A stretch of DNA of 64,000 nt, taken from positions 50,407-114,406 of the forward strand of contig CAVPUM010000003.1 in assembly GCA_963708855.1 (NCBI GenBank). Reading direction: 5' to 3'. The DNA is from an uncultured beta proteobacterium. GTDB lineage: Bacteria; Pseudomonadota; Gammaproteobacteria; Burkholderiales; Casimicrobiaceae. Shown here piece after piece: positions 45,094-54,485 of the stretch. The notes beneath the pieces are model-generated. The model ran no database searches and was not told the DNA's origin. It worked only from the letters and a program-made list of their open reading frames with translations. The translations under genes and the position numbers were made by a program. Every line of letters begins with the position of its first letter. The first letter of the stretch is position 1.

Positions 45094-46410
45094 ATGCCAC
45101 GAGGAGACGAAGCCGGGCAGCGGCAGCGGATTGCCATCGTCGGGTCGGGCATCGCCGGGCTGGGCACCGCGTGGCTGCTCCACAAGCAGGGTCACGCGGT
45201 CACGGTGTTCGAAGCGGAGCCCCGGGCGGGCGGACACACGCACACGGTCGACGTGACGCTCGAAGGCATCACGCACCCCGTCGACACCGGCTTCCTGGTG
45301 TTCAACGACCGCACCTATCCGCACCTGGTCGGGCTCTTCGCGGAACTCGGCGTGCCGAGCGTCGCATCGGAGATGTCGTTTTCCGTGCGCGACGACAGGA
45401 CCGGCCTCGAATGGGCGGGCACGAACCTCGCCACGCTGTTCGCGCGCCCGGCGAACGCGGTCTCGCCCGCGTTCTGGTCGATGCTCGCGGACATCCTGCG
45501 CTTCAACAGCGAGACCACCGCGGCGTTCGCCGCGGGCACACTGCCCTCGACCACGCTCGGCGCGTACCTCGACGCCAAGCGCTACCGGCGGCCGTTTCGC
45601 GACGGCTACCTCGTCCCGATGGCGGCGGCGATCTGGTCGTCGCCGGCGCGCGAGATCCTCGACTTCCCGCTGCCAACGTTCGTGCGCTTCTGCCACAACC
45701 ACGGCCTGCTCACGATCGACGACCGCCCGCTCTGGCGCACAGTTCGGGGCGGCGGCCGCGTGTACGTGGACGCGATCGTCGCACGGCTGCCGGACGTGCG
45801 CCTCGGCTGCCCGGTGCGGCAGGTGCATCGTCACGGCGACACGGTCATGATCGACTCGTCTGCGCACCGCGGCGAGCGCTTCGACGGCGTCGTGCTCGCC
45901 TGCCACAGCGACCAGGCGCTCTCGCTACTCGCCGTACCCTCGGCCGACGAGCGTCGGCTCCTGTCCCAGGTGCGCTACCAGCCGAACCGCGTCGTGCTGC
46001 ACACCGACTCCGCGCTGCTGCCGCGCCGCCGCCGCGCGTGGGCGGCGTGGAATTGCCTCGCCGCCGCCGACCTCGACCGCCGGCGCCCGGTGTCGGTGTC
46101 GTATCTCATCAACAAGCTGCAGCCAGTGCCGTTCCGCGCACCGGTGGTCGTCACACTTAACCCCGCGATTGAGCCCGATCCGCACACGGTGATCGGTGAA
46201 TTCGAGTACTCGCATCCGCTGCTGGACACCCACGCGGTCGCGGCGCAGGATGCGATCGCGCGCCGACAGGGCCGGCACCGCACGTGGTACGCCGGCGCGT
46301 GGCTGGGCTATGGCTTCCACGAGGACGGCCTCCGGTCCGCACACGCGGTCGCCGCGAGCATCGCGGAGCACGCCGCCCGCCGCGGCGAGCCGGTGCGCGT
46401 CGCCGCCTAA
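45094..46410 (+). CDS. FAD-dependent oxidoreductase (amine-oxidase-like; UfaD-type neighbour of DUF1365)
   Basis: IAIVGSGIAGLGTAWLL dinucleotide fold. Intact 438 aa. ATG follows the gpx stop by 1 nt. Confidence 0.8.
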   Translation: MPRGDEAGQRQRIAIVGSGIAGLGTAWLLHKQGHAVTVFEAEPRAGGHTHTVDVTLEGITHPVDTGFLVFNDRTYPHLVGLFAELGVPSVASEMSFSVRDDRTGLEWAGTNLATLFARPANAVSPAFWSMLADILRFNSETTAAFAAGTLPSTTLGAYLDAKRYRRPFRDGYLVPMAAAIWSSPAREILDFPLPTFVRFCHNHGLLTIDDRPLWRTVRGGGRVYVDAIVARLPDVRLGCPVRQVHRHGDTVMIDSSAHRGERFDGVVLACHSDQALSLLAVPSADERRLLSQVRYQPNRVVLHTDSALLPRRRRAWAAWNCLAAADLDRRRPVSVSYLINKLQPVPFRAPVVVTLNPAIEPDPHTVIGEFEYSHPLLDTHAVAAQDAIARRQGRHRTWYAGAWLGYGFHEDGLRSAHAVAASIAEHAARRGEPVRVAA

Positions 46411-46427
46411 CTCCGGACCCGCGTGCG

Positions 46428-47249
46428 ATGACCCCCCGCCTCGCCACGGACGTGACCATGCCCGGCGCGCATGCGTCGCTTGGCGCTGCCGGCCCCGCAC
46501 TGGTCGAGGGGCAGGTGATGCACCGGCGCACGCGCCCGGCGCAGAACGCATTCATCTATCCGGCGTTCTGCCTGCGACTGCCGCTGTCGCGCCTCGATGC
46601 GCTGCACGGGCTGGGCATCGCGCACAACAGGTGCGGCCTGCTGTCGTTCCACGACCGCGACCACGGGGCGCGGGACGGCTCGCCGCTCGAGAGCTGGACC
46701 CGTGCCCTGCTTGCGCGCGAGGGCATCGACGCCCCGGGCGAGGTCGTGCTGCATGCCTTCCCGCGCATGCTGGGCTATTTGTTCAACCCCGTGAGCTTCT
46801 GGGTGTGCCACGACGCGGCCGGCCGTGTCTCCGCCGTGCTCGCGGAGGTCAACAACACGTTCGGCGAGCGCCACCTCTATCTGGTCGCCCACCCGGACGG
46901 CCGCGCGATCGCGGACGGCGCGACGCTCGAGGCGCGCAAGGTGTTCCATGTGTCGCCGTTCTGCGAGGTGCGCGGACATTACGCGTTCCGGTTCCACTTC
47001 GGCGCCGACCGCTGGCTCGCGCGCATCGACTACTTCGACGGCGACGGCGACGCGCCGCTGATCGCGACGTCGATCTCCGGCACCGTGCGCCCGCTGACCC
47101 GCGGGCGCGCGCGCGCGCTGCTCGCCCGCTATCCCGCGTTCACCCTCGGCGTCGTCGCCCGCATCCACTGGCAGGCGGCGAAGCTGTGGGCGAAGCGCGT
47201 GCCGTTTTTCGCCAAGCCCGAACCGCCCGCGTCGCTCCTCTCCCGCTGA
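46428..47249 (+). CDS. DUF1365 family protein (UfaO-type)
   Basis: HRRTRPAQNAFIYPAFCLRLPL, LLSFHDRDHG, LGYLFNPVSFWVCHD, AEVNNTFGERHLY. Start ATG 46428 (46458 possible). Confidence 0.8.
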   Translation: MTPRLATDVTMPGAHASLGAAGPALVEGQVMHRRTRPAQNAFIYPAFCLRLPLSRLDALHGLGIAHNRCGLLSFHDRDHGARDGSPLESWTRALLAREGIDAPGEVVLHAFPRMLGYLFNPVSFWVCHDAAGRVSAVLAEVNNTFGERHLYLVAHPDGRAIADGATLEARKVFHVSPFCEVRGHYAFRFHFGADRWLARIDYFDGDGDAPLIATSISGTVRPLTRGRARALLARYPAFTLGVVARIHWQAAKLWAKRVPFFAKPEPPASLLSR

Positions 47250-47251
47250 CC

Positions 47252-48496
47252 ATGTCCACTCTCGACCGCCACCTCTCGTTCCCGCCGGGAATCGCGCCGC
47301 TCGCGAAGCCGCGACGTGTCCACCGTGTGCCGCCCAGCGGCCGTGTGCTCCTCGCCCTCCTCGCCCGCCTCGAGCGCGGCGCGATCGTCGTCGAGACGCC
47401 CGGCGGCGGCGCCGCGCGCTTCGGCGACCACGACGGCAGTCCGGTCGTTCTGTCGATACGGGACTGGCGCGTCGCGCGCGACACGCTGCAACGCGGCGAC
47501 GTCGGCTTCGCCGAGGGCTACATCGCCGGCCACTGGGACACGCCCGATCTCGTCGGCCTGCTCACGCGCCTCGCGGAGAACCAGCCGGCGCTCGAGCGCG
47601 CGTTCTACGGCCGCCGCGCCGCGATGCTGATGCTGCGCCTCCGGCACTGGCTCAACGCCAACACCAGGCGGCAGGCGCGCAGAAACATCGTCGCCCACTA
47701 CGACCTCGGCAACGACTTCTACCGGCTGTGGCTCGACGAGTCGATGACCTACTCGTCGGCGTGCTTCGACGGCAACCTGGCGGCGCCGCACGCGGCTGCC
47801 CAGCAGGCGAAGTACGCGCGCATCCTCGCCGAGCTCGCGCTGCCTTGCGGCGCGCACATCCTCGAGATCGGCTGCGGCTGGGGCGGGTTCGCAGAGGCCG
47901 CGGCGCGCGCGGGCTACCGCGTGACCGGGTTGTCGCTCTCCCAGGCGCAGACCGCCTGGGCGCGCGATCGCCTCGCGCGCGCGGGGCTTGCGGACCGCGT
48001 CGACTTCCGTATCGAGGACTATCGCGACCACCGCGGCAGCTACGACGGCGTCGCCTCGATCGAGATGTACGAGGCGGTCGGCGAGCGCTGGTGGCCCGCC
48101 TATTTCGCGAAGATCCGCGACGCGCTCGTGCCGGGCGGTCGCGCCTGCGTCCAGGGGATCACGATCGCCGAGTCGCGCTTCGAGCGCTACCGTCGCGAAA
48201 CCGACTTCATCCAGCAGTACATATTTCCCGGCGGCATGCTCGCCTCGCCCTCGCGGCTTGTCGCAGAGGCGCAGGCCGCAGGCCTGGCCCCCGTTCGCCA
48301 GCATCGCTTCGGGCGCGATTACGCGGAAACGCTCACGCGCTGGCTCGCAGCGTTCGAAGCGAACACCGCGGCGATCCGCACCCAGGGCTTCGACGAGCGC
48401 TTCGTCCGCTGCTGGCGCTTCTACCTCGCGTACTGCGCCGCGGGTTTCCTCACGGAGTCCACCGATGTCGGCCACTACACGTTCGCTCGCCCGTAG
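47252..48496 (+). CDS. cyclopropane-fatty-acyl-phospholipid synthase family SAM methyltransferase
   Basis: HYDLGNDFYRLWLDESMTYSSA, ILEIGCGWGG, SIEMYEAVG, YIFPGGMLAS. 414 aa. Confidence 0.88.
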   Translation: MSTLDRHLSFPPGIAPLAKPRRVHRVPPSGRVLLALLARLERGAIVVETPGGGAARFGDHDGSPVVLSIRDWRVARDTLQRGDVGFAEGYIAGHWDTPDLVGLLTRLAENQPALERAFYGRRAAMLMLRLRHWLNANTRRQARRNIVAHYDLGNDFYRLWLDESMTYSSACFDGNLAAPHAAAQQAKYARILAELALPCGAHILEIGCGWGGFAEAAARAGYRVTGLSLSQAQTAWARDRLARAGLADRVDFRIEDYRDHRGSYDGVASIEMYEAVGERWWPAYFAKIRDALVPGGRACVQGITIAESRFERYRRETDFIQQYIFPGGMLASPSRLVAEAQAAGLAPVRQHRFGRDYAETLTRWLAAFEANTAAIRTQGFDERFVRCWRFYLAYCAAGFLTESTDVGHYTFARP

Positions 48497-49031
48497 CGCG
48501 CTCGCGCTCTGCGCCACCGCCACGCTCGCCGTCGGCGCCGCCTTGGCGATGGGCAAGGTCTCGCCTCCACCCCTGCCCGACCCGGTCGCGGCGCTCGCCC
48601 CGGACCTGCGGCCGCAGGGGGGTGGCGAGCTCAGGTACTTCGGCCTGTCGATCTACGACGGCTTCTACTGGAGCCCCGCCCCCAGCTTCTCGGTGACGCA
48701 GCCGTTCGCGCTCGATCTCCATTACCACCGCCACCTCAAGGGCGACGGCATCGCCGAGCGCAGCATCGAGGAGATCCGCAGGCTGGGCGTCGCCTCGCCC
48801 GACGAGCAATCGCGCTGGCACGACGCGATGCGGCGGATCTTCCCCGACGTGAAGAAAGGCGACCGCCTCATTGGCGTCAATGTCCCCGGACGCGGCGCAA
48901 AGTTCTTCCACAACGGCGCGCCGATAGGCGAGATCGCCGACATTGCGTTCGCACGCGCGTTCTTCGGCATCTGGCTCGATCCGAAGACGTCGCGACCGGA
49001 CTTCCGCCGGTTGCTCCTCGGCGAGCGCTAG
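48465..49031 (+). CDS. secreted chalcone-isomerase-like domain protein
   Basis: Leader MSATTRSLARSALALCATATLAVGAALA. FGLSIYDGFYW, FARAFFGIWL. 32-nt overlap with the cfa-family gene. Confidence 0.55.
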   Translation: MSATTRSLARSALALCATATLAVGAALAMGKVSPPPLPDPVAALAPDLRPQGGGELRYFGLSIYDGFYWSPAPSFSVTQPFALDLHYHRHLKGDGIAERSIEEIRRLGVASPDEQSRWHDAMRRIFPDVKKGDRLIGVNVPGRGAKFFHNGAPIGEIADIAFARAFFGIWLDPKTSRPDFRRLLLGER

Positions 49032-49042
49032 GATCTCAGGTC

Positions 49043-50383
49043 ATGCCGTCGAGCGCTCACGTTCCGGCATCGGCTGCGGCCGCCGCGCCCCGGCTCGCCG
49101 CCCCGATGCCGTACGGCAAGCCCGCGCAACGCCTGCCACTGCCCGCGCTCGTCGCGTACGGTGCGTTCGGCATGCCGCTCGCGATGGCGGCGCTGCCGCT
49201 GTACGTGCACCTGCCGCGCTTCTACGGCGAGCACCTCGGCGTGGGACTCGCCGCGCTCGGCGTGCTGCTGCTTCTGCTGCGCGTCGCCGACGGCCTCCTC
49301 GACCCGCTGCTCGGCGCATGGAGCGACCGCGGGCCGTCGCGCCGCGCGCTGATCGCGCTGTCGGCGCCGGCGCTCGCCGTCGGCATGATCGCGCTGTTCT
49401 CGCCGACGGTCGCGGGCGAGGGCGCGCTCCTCGCGTGGCTCGGCGTGTCGCTCGCGCTCGTCTATCTCGCCTTCAGCCTCGCGACGATCAACCACGGCGC
49501 GTGGGGCGCGGAGCTCGCGCACGATCCCGTCGAGCGCACGCGCATCACGGCTGTGCGCGAGGGCCTCGCGCTGCTCGGAGTCGTGGTCGCCAGCATTGCG
49601 CCGGGAATGCTCGGCGGCGCCGGCGGCGACGACGCCGGCCTGCCACGATTCGCGATCGCCTTCGCGGTGTTCACCGCATTCTGCCTCGCGCTGCTCTGGC
49701 GCGCGCCGCTTGCGCCGCGGGCCGACGCACGTCAGGGCACGATCTTCGCCAGCATGGCGAAGCCCCTTGCCGATCCCCTGTTCCGGCCGCTCGTCGCGGT
49801 GTTCCTCGCCAACGGCATCGCGTCGGCGATCCCGGCGACGCTCGTTCTCTTCTTCATCGCCGACGTGCTGCAGGCGGAATCGCGCCAGGGGTTGTTCCTC
49901 GCGCTGTACTTCGTCGCCGGCGCCGCCGGCATGCCGCTGTGGATCCGGCTCTCGGCGGCGGTCGGCAAGGTGCGCGGCTGGGCGATCGCGATGCTCGCCG
50001 CGACCACGGCGTTCGTCTGGGCTGCGCTGCTCGGGCCGGGCGACGTGACCGCGTTCGCGATCATCTGCGTGCTGTCGGGGCTCGCGCTCGGTGCCGATCT
50101 CGCGCTGCCGCCGTCGATCCTCGCCGACGTCATCGAACGCCGCGGCGCAATGCAGTCGACCGGTGCGTACTTCGGCGTGTGGACGCTCGTGACCAAGCTC
50201 AACCTCGCGCTGGCGGCGGGCATCGCATTGCCGCTCCTCTCCGCACTCGGCTACACCCCTGGCGCGACTGACGCGAAGGCGCAGGACGCGCTGGCCTTCG
50301 TCTATGCGGCCGTCCCCTGCGCACTCAAGCTCGTCGCCGTCGGCGCGCTCGTCTGGTTCGCCAAGCGCCAAAACAGAGGCTGA
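49043..50383 (+). CDS. MFS transporter (GPH-like)
   Basis: Intact 446 aa. 12 hydrophobic helices. DGLLDPLLGAWSDR loop motif. Confidence 0.75.
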   Translation: MPSSAHVPASAAAAAPRLAAPMPYGKPAQRLPLPALVAYGAFGMPLAMAALPLYVHLPRFYGEHLGVGLAALGVLLLLLRVADGLLDPLLGAWSDRGPSRRALIALSAPALAVGMIALFSPTVAGEGALLAWLGVSLALVYLAFSLATINHGAWGAELAHDPVERTRITAVREGLALLGVVVASIAPGMLGGAGGDDAGLPRFAIAFAVFTAFCLALLWRAPLAPRADARQGTIFASMAKPLADPLFRPLVAVFLANGIASAIPATLVLFFIADVLQAESRQGLFLALYFVAGAAGMPLWIRLSAAVGKVRGWAIAMLAATTAFVWAALLGPGDVTAFAIICVLSGLALGADLALPPSILADVIERRGAMQSTGAYFGVWTLVTKLNLALAAGIALPLLSALGYTPGATDAKAQDALAFVYAAVPCALKLVAVGALVWFAKRQNRG

Positions 50384-50386
50384 CTC

Positions 50387-50908
50387 ATGCTCAAATATGT
50401 GCTGATCGGCGCCGCCGCGCTTTCGCTCGCCGGCTGCGCGACCGTCGACGTGGCGAACTACGCCTCCGAGCGTCCTGCGCTCGACCTCGCCGAGTACTTC
50501 AACGGCACGGTCGACGGCTGGGGCATGTTCCAGGACCGCTCGGGCAAGGTCGTGCGCCGCTTTACGGTGCGCATCGATGCGAAATGGGAAGGCAACCGGG
50601 GTACGCTCGACGAGCAGTTCGAGTTCGCGGACGGCGAGAAGCAGCAGCGCGTCTGGACCCTGGTAAAGGACGGCGACCGCTATTCGGGCACCGCCGGCGA
50701 CGTCGTCGGAACGGGACACGGCATCCAGCAGGGAAATGCGTTCAACATGCGCTACGTGCTGCAGGTGCCGTGGTCGGGATGGGCGATCGACGTCGACATG
50801 GACGACTGGATGTGGCGCATCGACGACAAGACCGTGCTCAACCGCACAGTGATGAGCAAGTTCGGCTTCCGCGCCGGTGAAGTGACGCTCTCGTTCCGCA
50901 GGCGCTAG
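50387..50908 (+). CDS. DUF3833 family lipoprotein
   Basis: Lipobox LSLAGC. YFNGTVDGWGMFQDRSGKVVRRFTV...W..G.LDE.F.F.DGE pattern. Confidence 0.7.
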   Translation: MLKYVLIGAAALSLAGCATVDVANYASERPALDLAEYFNGTVDGWGMFQDRSGKVVRRFTVRIDAKWEGNRGTLDEQFEFADGEKQQRVWTLVKDGDRYSGTAGDVVGTGHGIQQGNAFNMRYVLQVPWSGWAIDVDMDDWMWRIDDKTVLNRTVMSKFGFRAGEVTLSFRRR

Positions 50909-53026
50909 GGCCTGCTCACGACAACCCTCTCGGCATTCCCGCCCCGGGCACCGGTTCGCTTTTTCGGCGGCTTCACCTTCGCCTTGTCCGCCGCAGCCTT
51001 TGGCGCGCGCGGCAAGCGCCAGCCTGCGCACGCGCCGGATGTCCGCATCCGAGAACGGCCCGTTGACGCCGGAGATGGCCGCGAGCTTCATCCCGTGCTT
51101 GCGGCCGAGACGATAGATCTCGCGCACCTTCTCCCATTCGATGTTGCGGCCGACGGTGAAGTTGTCGAACTTTCCCTCCAGGGCGAGGACAATCGTTTCG
51201 GCGAGGCAGGCATAGGCCACGTTCCTGGGTAGCCCGATGTTCTTCATCGACACCTGCCCGGGCAGCAGGATCTCGCCGGACTCGATCACCAGCACGTCCG
51301 GACGCTTGGCCACTTCCTCCGGCGGCAGATCGAGCGGGCGCGCGACGTCGGTGATCACGCATCCGGGCTTGACCTGCATGATGTCGAGGATCTTCTTGCC
51401 GGCCCCCGAGGTCGCGGTCACGATCATGTCCATGCCGGCGATGTCCGTGTCGGCGCGCGAGGACAGGAACAGCCTGGCGTCGGGGGTCTCCTTCAGGATC
51501 GACCCCTTGAGCGAGAGCAGCTTCGCGGTTTCGGGAGACACCAGGTAGACCTCCTCGGCGACCATCGCCAGCAGGCGCGCGCAGACCGAGCCGATGGCCC
51601 CGGTGGCGCCCACCACCATCGCCTTGAAGCGCACTTTCTGACCGCGCGCCGGCATGGGCACCAGGCCGAGGCGCAGCACGGCATCGTGCGCGGCCCACAG
51701 CGCCCCCGAGGCGCTGTAGCTGTTGCCGGTGGTGATGGGCAGCGGCGCGCGCTTGGACACGGTGAGCCCCGCGTCGCCGACCACCTTGGTGAAGGCGCCG
51801 AGGCCCATGATCTGCGCACCGAGGCTCTTGGCGATCCCGGCGGCGTCCAGCAGGCGGCGGTAGGTGAACTCCGGGTTGTGGCTCATGATTTCCTGGGGCG
51901 TGCCGCCCACGGAGATGAGCCAGCCTTCGGCTTCCACGCCGGTGGGCGACTTGATGCCCGTCACCTTCGAATAGACGAACGGCGGCGCGTAGGCCATCAC
52001 TTTCTCCACCGCGTCCATGAAGATGGGCGGGGACACGTGGGAAAGCAGCTCGATGGGCTTCACGTTCTTGAAATACTCCTGCGACAGCGGATGGATGACG
52101 AAGGCGAACCGGTTGACGCGCTTGAAGCCGTTGGGATAGACGATCCGCGGCTCCAGCTCGAGGCTGGTGATGATCTCCAGATAGTCGTCCTCGAGGATCT
52201 CCGCGGGCGCCTTCTCGGTCGCGGCGATGATCATCGCGTCGAGGAGGCTCGGGCTCAGCACGTGATCGAACATCACGGGCGCGCCGTCGACCACCATGTT
52301 GACGCCCTTCTTCCTGAACTGCGCGATGCGCCCGTCGTTCACCGTCGACGTGACGATCGTCTTGCCGGCGAGCTCCTCGGCGGCAAAGCCGTCCAGCTCG
52401 TGCACGGGGGCGACGATGACCGTCGCATCCCGCATGGCCTGGCGCAGCACGAACTTCGTCCACGCCTTGACCGGGGCCGACGACATCAGGCCGTCGGGGG
52501 CCCAGTCGAGCACGTAGTGCGCGCCGCTGGTGTAGAGCTCCAGCGCCTCCAGCGAGGTCAGCATCTTGGGCACGCCGAGCTGCAGCAGGGCGTCGGCGAA
52601 CTCGAGATTCTGCGTGTACTCGGACATGGCCAACGCCAGCTTGTAGTTGGTTCGTCCCGAAAAGAACAGGACGCGGGCGTTGTTGAAATAGTCGCCCAGC
52701 TTGATCTGGACGTGGCGCAGCGCCCACTCCTGCAGGATGTCGTTCAACCGTCCGCCGGTGGTCACGGGAACGCGCGTGACGGCATTCTTCATCCGCGCGC
52801 TGTCCTTCTCGACATAGCGCCGCGATCCGACCGCATAGCTGTCCTTGACCACACCCAGGCCGATCGCGTCGGCATGCTGTTCCCAGTGCTTCAGCAGGTT
52901 CACGGCCTTCGCGGTGCTGCCGTTCGTGCCCAGCCTCCGGACGTCGAGTTTCTGCCGCAGGAACCGGGCGACGAAGGCGAAATCCTGGTCGCCCGCACCC
53001 AGGCTGACACCGATCACTTTTTTCAT
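50905..53026 (-). pseudogene. fusion protein: N-terminal uncharacterised 'quinate 5-dehydrogenase'-annotated domain + C-terminal acyl-ACP reductase (AAR)-like domain; one frame break near 50995
   Basis: ATG 53026. The C-terminal half aligns with cyanobacterial AAR (FAFVIHPLS, GLGAFTKVVG, TTGNSYSA, VVGATGAIGS, YACLAETIVLALEG..NFTVGRN). The main frame never stops (runs to 49028). A +1 shift gives ...AAADKAKVKPPKKRTGARGGNAERVVVSRP-TAG at 50905. Confidence 0.7.
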
Positions 53027-53200
53027 TCCATCCCCGCGCCATGCACGATGCCCAAGACGCTAGTGTACGGGGGCACTCCGGTCCCCGCGCCACCGCGAAT
53101 CTGCTCGAGATCAAACAGTTGACGAATGTTTCCGGCAGCGCTCTGGTCCGGCCGGCCCGATTGGTGCAATCTTGCAGGAAGTGAAACGCGAGACACGGGA

Positions 53201-54460
53201 ATGATGATGATCGAGGTGCCGGGCATCGTGAGTGACGTGGTGCGTTCCGTCGGGCTGTCGACGGCGATGAAAGCGGCGGGCGTCGTGACGGGGCTGTTGC
53301 CGATTCCGCAGCCGATGCTGCTGGTCGGACCGGGGGCCAGCGGCCGCCTGGGGCAGGCCCTCTGCGGCTTCGGGCACCGGAAGATCCTGGTCGTGACGGA
53401 CCGCACCATCGCGCAGATGGGACTGCTCGACGGCCTGACCAAGGCATTGTCCGCGGGCGGTACCGCGCACGTCGTCTTCGACGCGATCACGCCGGACGCC
53501 CCGATCCCGGTGATCGAAAAGGGCATCGCGTTCTACGAGAAGCACCGCTGCGACGCCGTCGTCGCGTTCGGCGGCGGCTCCCCGATGGACGCGGCGAAGA
53601 CGATTGCGTTGGCCGTCGCCAACAGGAAGCACCCCAGGAAGCTCGTCGGCTACTTCAAGGGCCTCCGTGCGCCGGCGCCGATCTATGCCGTCCCGACCAC
53701 GGCGGGCACCGGTTCCGAGGTGACCGTGGCCGCGGTCGTCTCGGACCCTGAAACCAACCGGAAACTGGTCATCGCCGATACGCGCCTCGTGCCGACGATG
53801 GCAGCGCTCGATCCCTCGCTGATGACCGGCTTGCCACGCCACGTCACGGCCGCAACCGGCATGGACGCACTGACCCACGCCGTCGAAGCCTTCGTCGGCC
53901 AGTGGTCGACCGCCTACACCGATCGCATGGCGCTCGCGGCGGTCGGCATGATTTACGAGAACCTGCGCATCGCGTACAGGAACGGCAGGAATCTCGCGGC
54001 GCGCGAGCAGATGGCGCTGGCGGCGACGTACGCCGGCCTGGCGTTCACGCGGGCCAACGTCGGTTATGTCCACGCCATCGCGCACCAGCTGGGCGGCAAA
54101 TACCACACGCCTCACGGCCTGGCCAACGCGATCATGTTGCCGCACGTGCTGGCGTTCCTGAGCCCCGCGATCACGAAGAAGCTGGCCGTCCTCGCAGTGC
54201 GCGCCAAAGTAGGCAAAGCAGGCGAGCGGCCCGCCGTTCTGGCGAAGAAGTTCCTGGCCTCGGTCGAAACGCTGAATCGTGACCTCGGGATTCCGCGGCA
54301 TCTGGCGGCACTGCGCGAGGAGGACATTCCGGAACTGGCCAAGGCCGCCTGCTGGGAGGCGGACACCAACTATCCGGTGCCGCGCTACATGTCGCCGGAA
54401 ACCTGCGCGGATCTGATCCGCCAGGTCCTGCCCACGGCCGATCGGCGCAGGAAACGCTAG
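53201..54460 (+). CDS. iron-containing (group III) alcohol dehydrogenase
   Basis: FGGGSPMDAAK, PTTAGTGSE, GMDALTHAVE, HAIAHQLGGKYHTPHG. ATG 53201. Confidence 0.88.
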   Translation: MMMIEVPGIVSDVVRSVGLSTAMKAAGVVTGLLPIPQPMLLVGPGASGRLGQALCGFGHRKILVVTDRTIAQMGLLDGLTKALSAGGTAHVVFDAITPDAPIPVIEKGIAFYEKHRCDAVVAFGGGSPMDAAKTIALAVANRKHPRKLVGYFKGLRAPAPIYAVPTTAGTGSEVTVAAVVSDPETNRKLVIADTRLVPTMAALDPSLMTGLPRHVTAATGMDALTHAVEAFVGQWSTAYTDRMALAAVGMIYENLRIAYRNGRNLAAREQMALAATYAGLAFTRANVGYVHAIAHQLGGKYHTPHGLANAIMLPHVLAFLSPAITKKLAVLAVRAKVGKAGERPAVLAKKFLASVETLNRDLGIPRHLAALREEDIPELAKAACWEADTNYPVPRYMSPETCADLIRQVLPTADRRRKR

Positions 54461-54485
54461 GTCCGGCGGCTGGCCGCGGCCCCTT

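Noticed and set aside
49028-53026. 1332-aa ORF that could be read as one giant protein
   Set aside because: Only the first ~700 codons (53026 down to ~50995) have protein-like, family-recognisable sequence. The remainder is Arg/Gly/Ala-rich antisense read-through across three well-supported plus-strand genes (DUF3833, MFS, chalcone-isomerase-like). A +1 shift gives a sensible stop at 50905.
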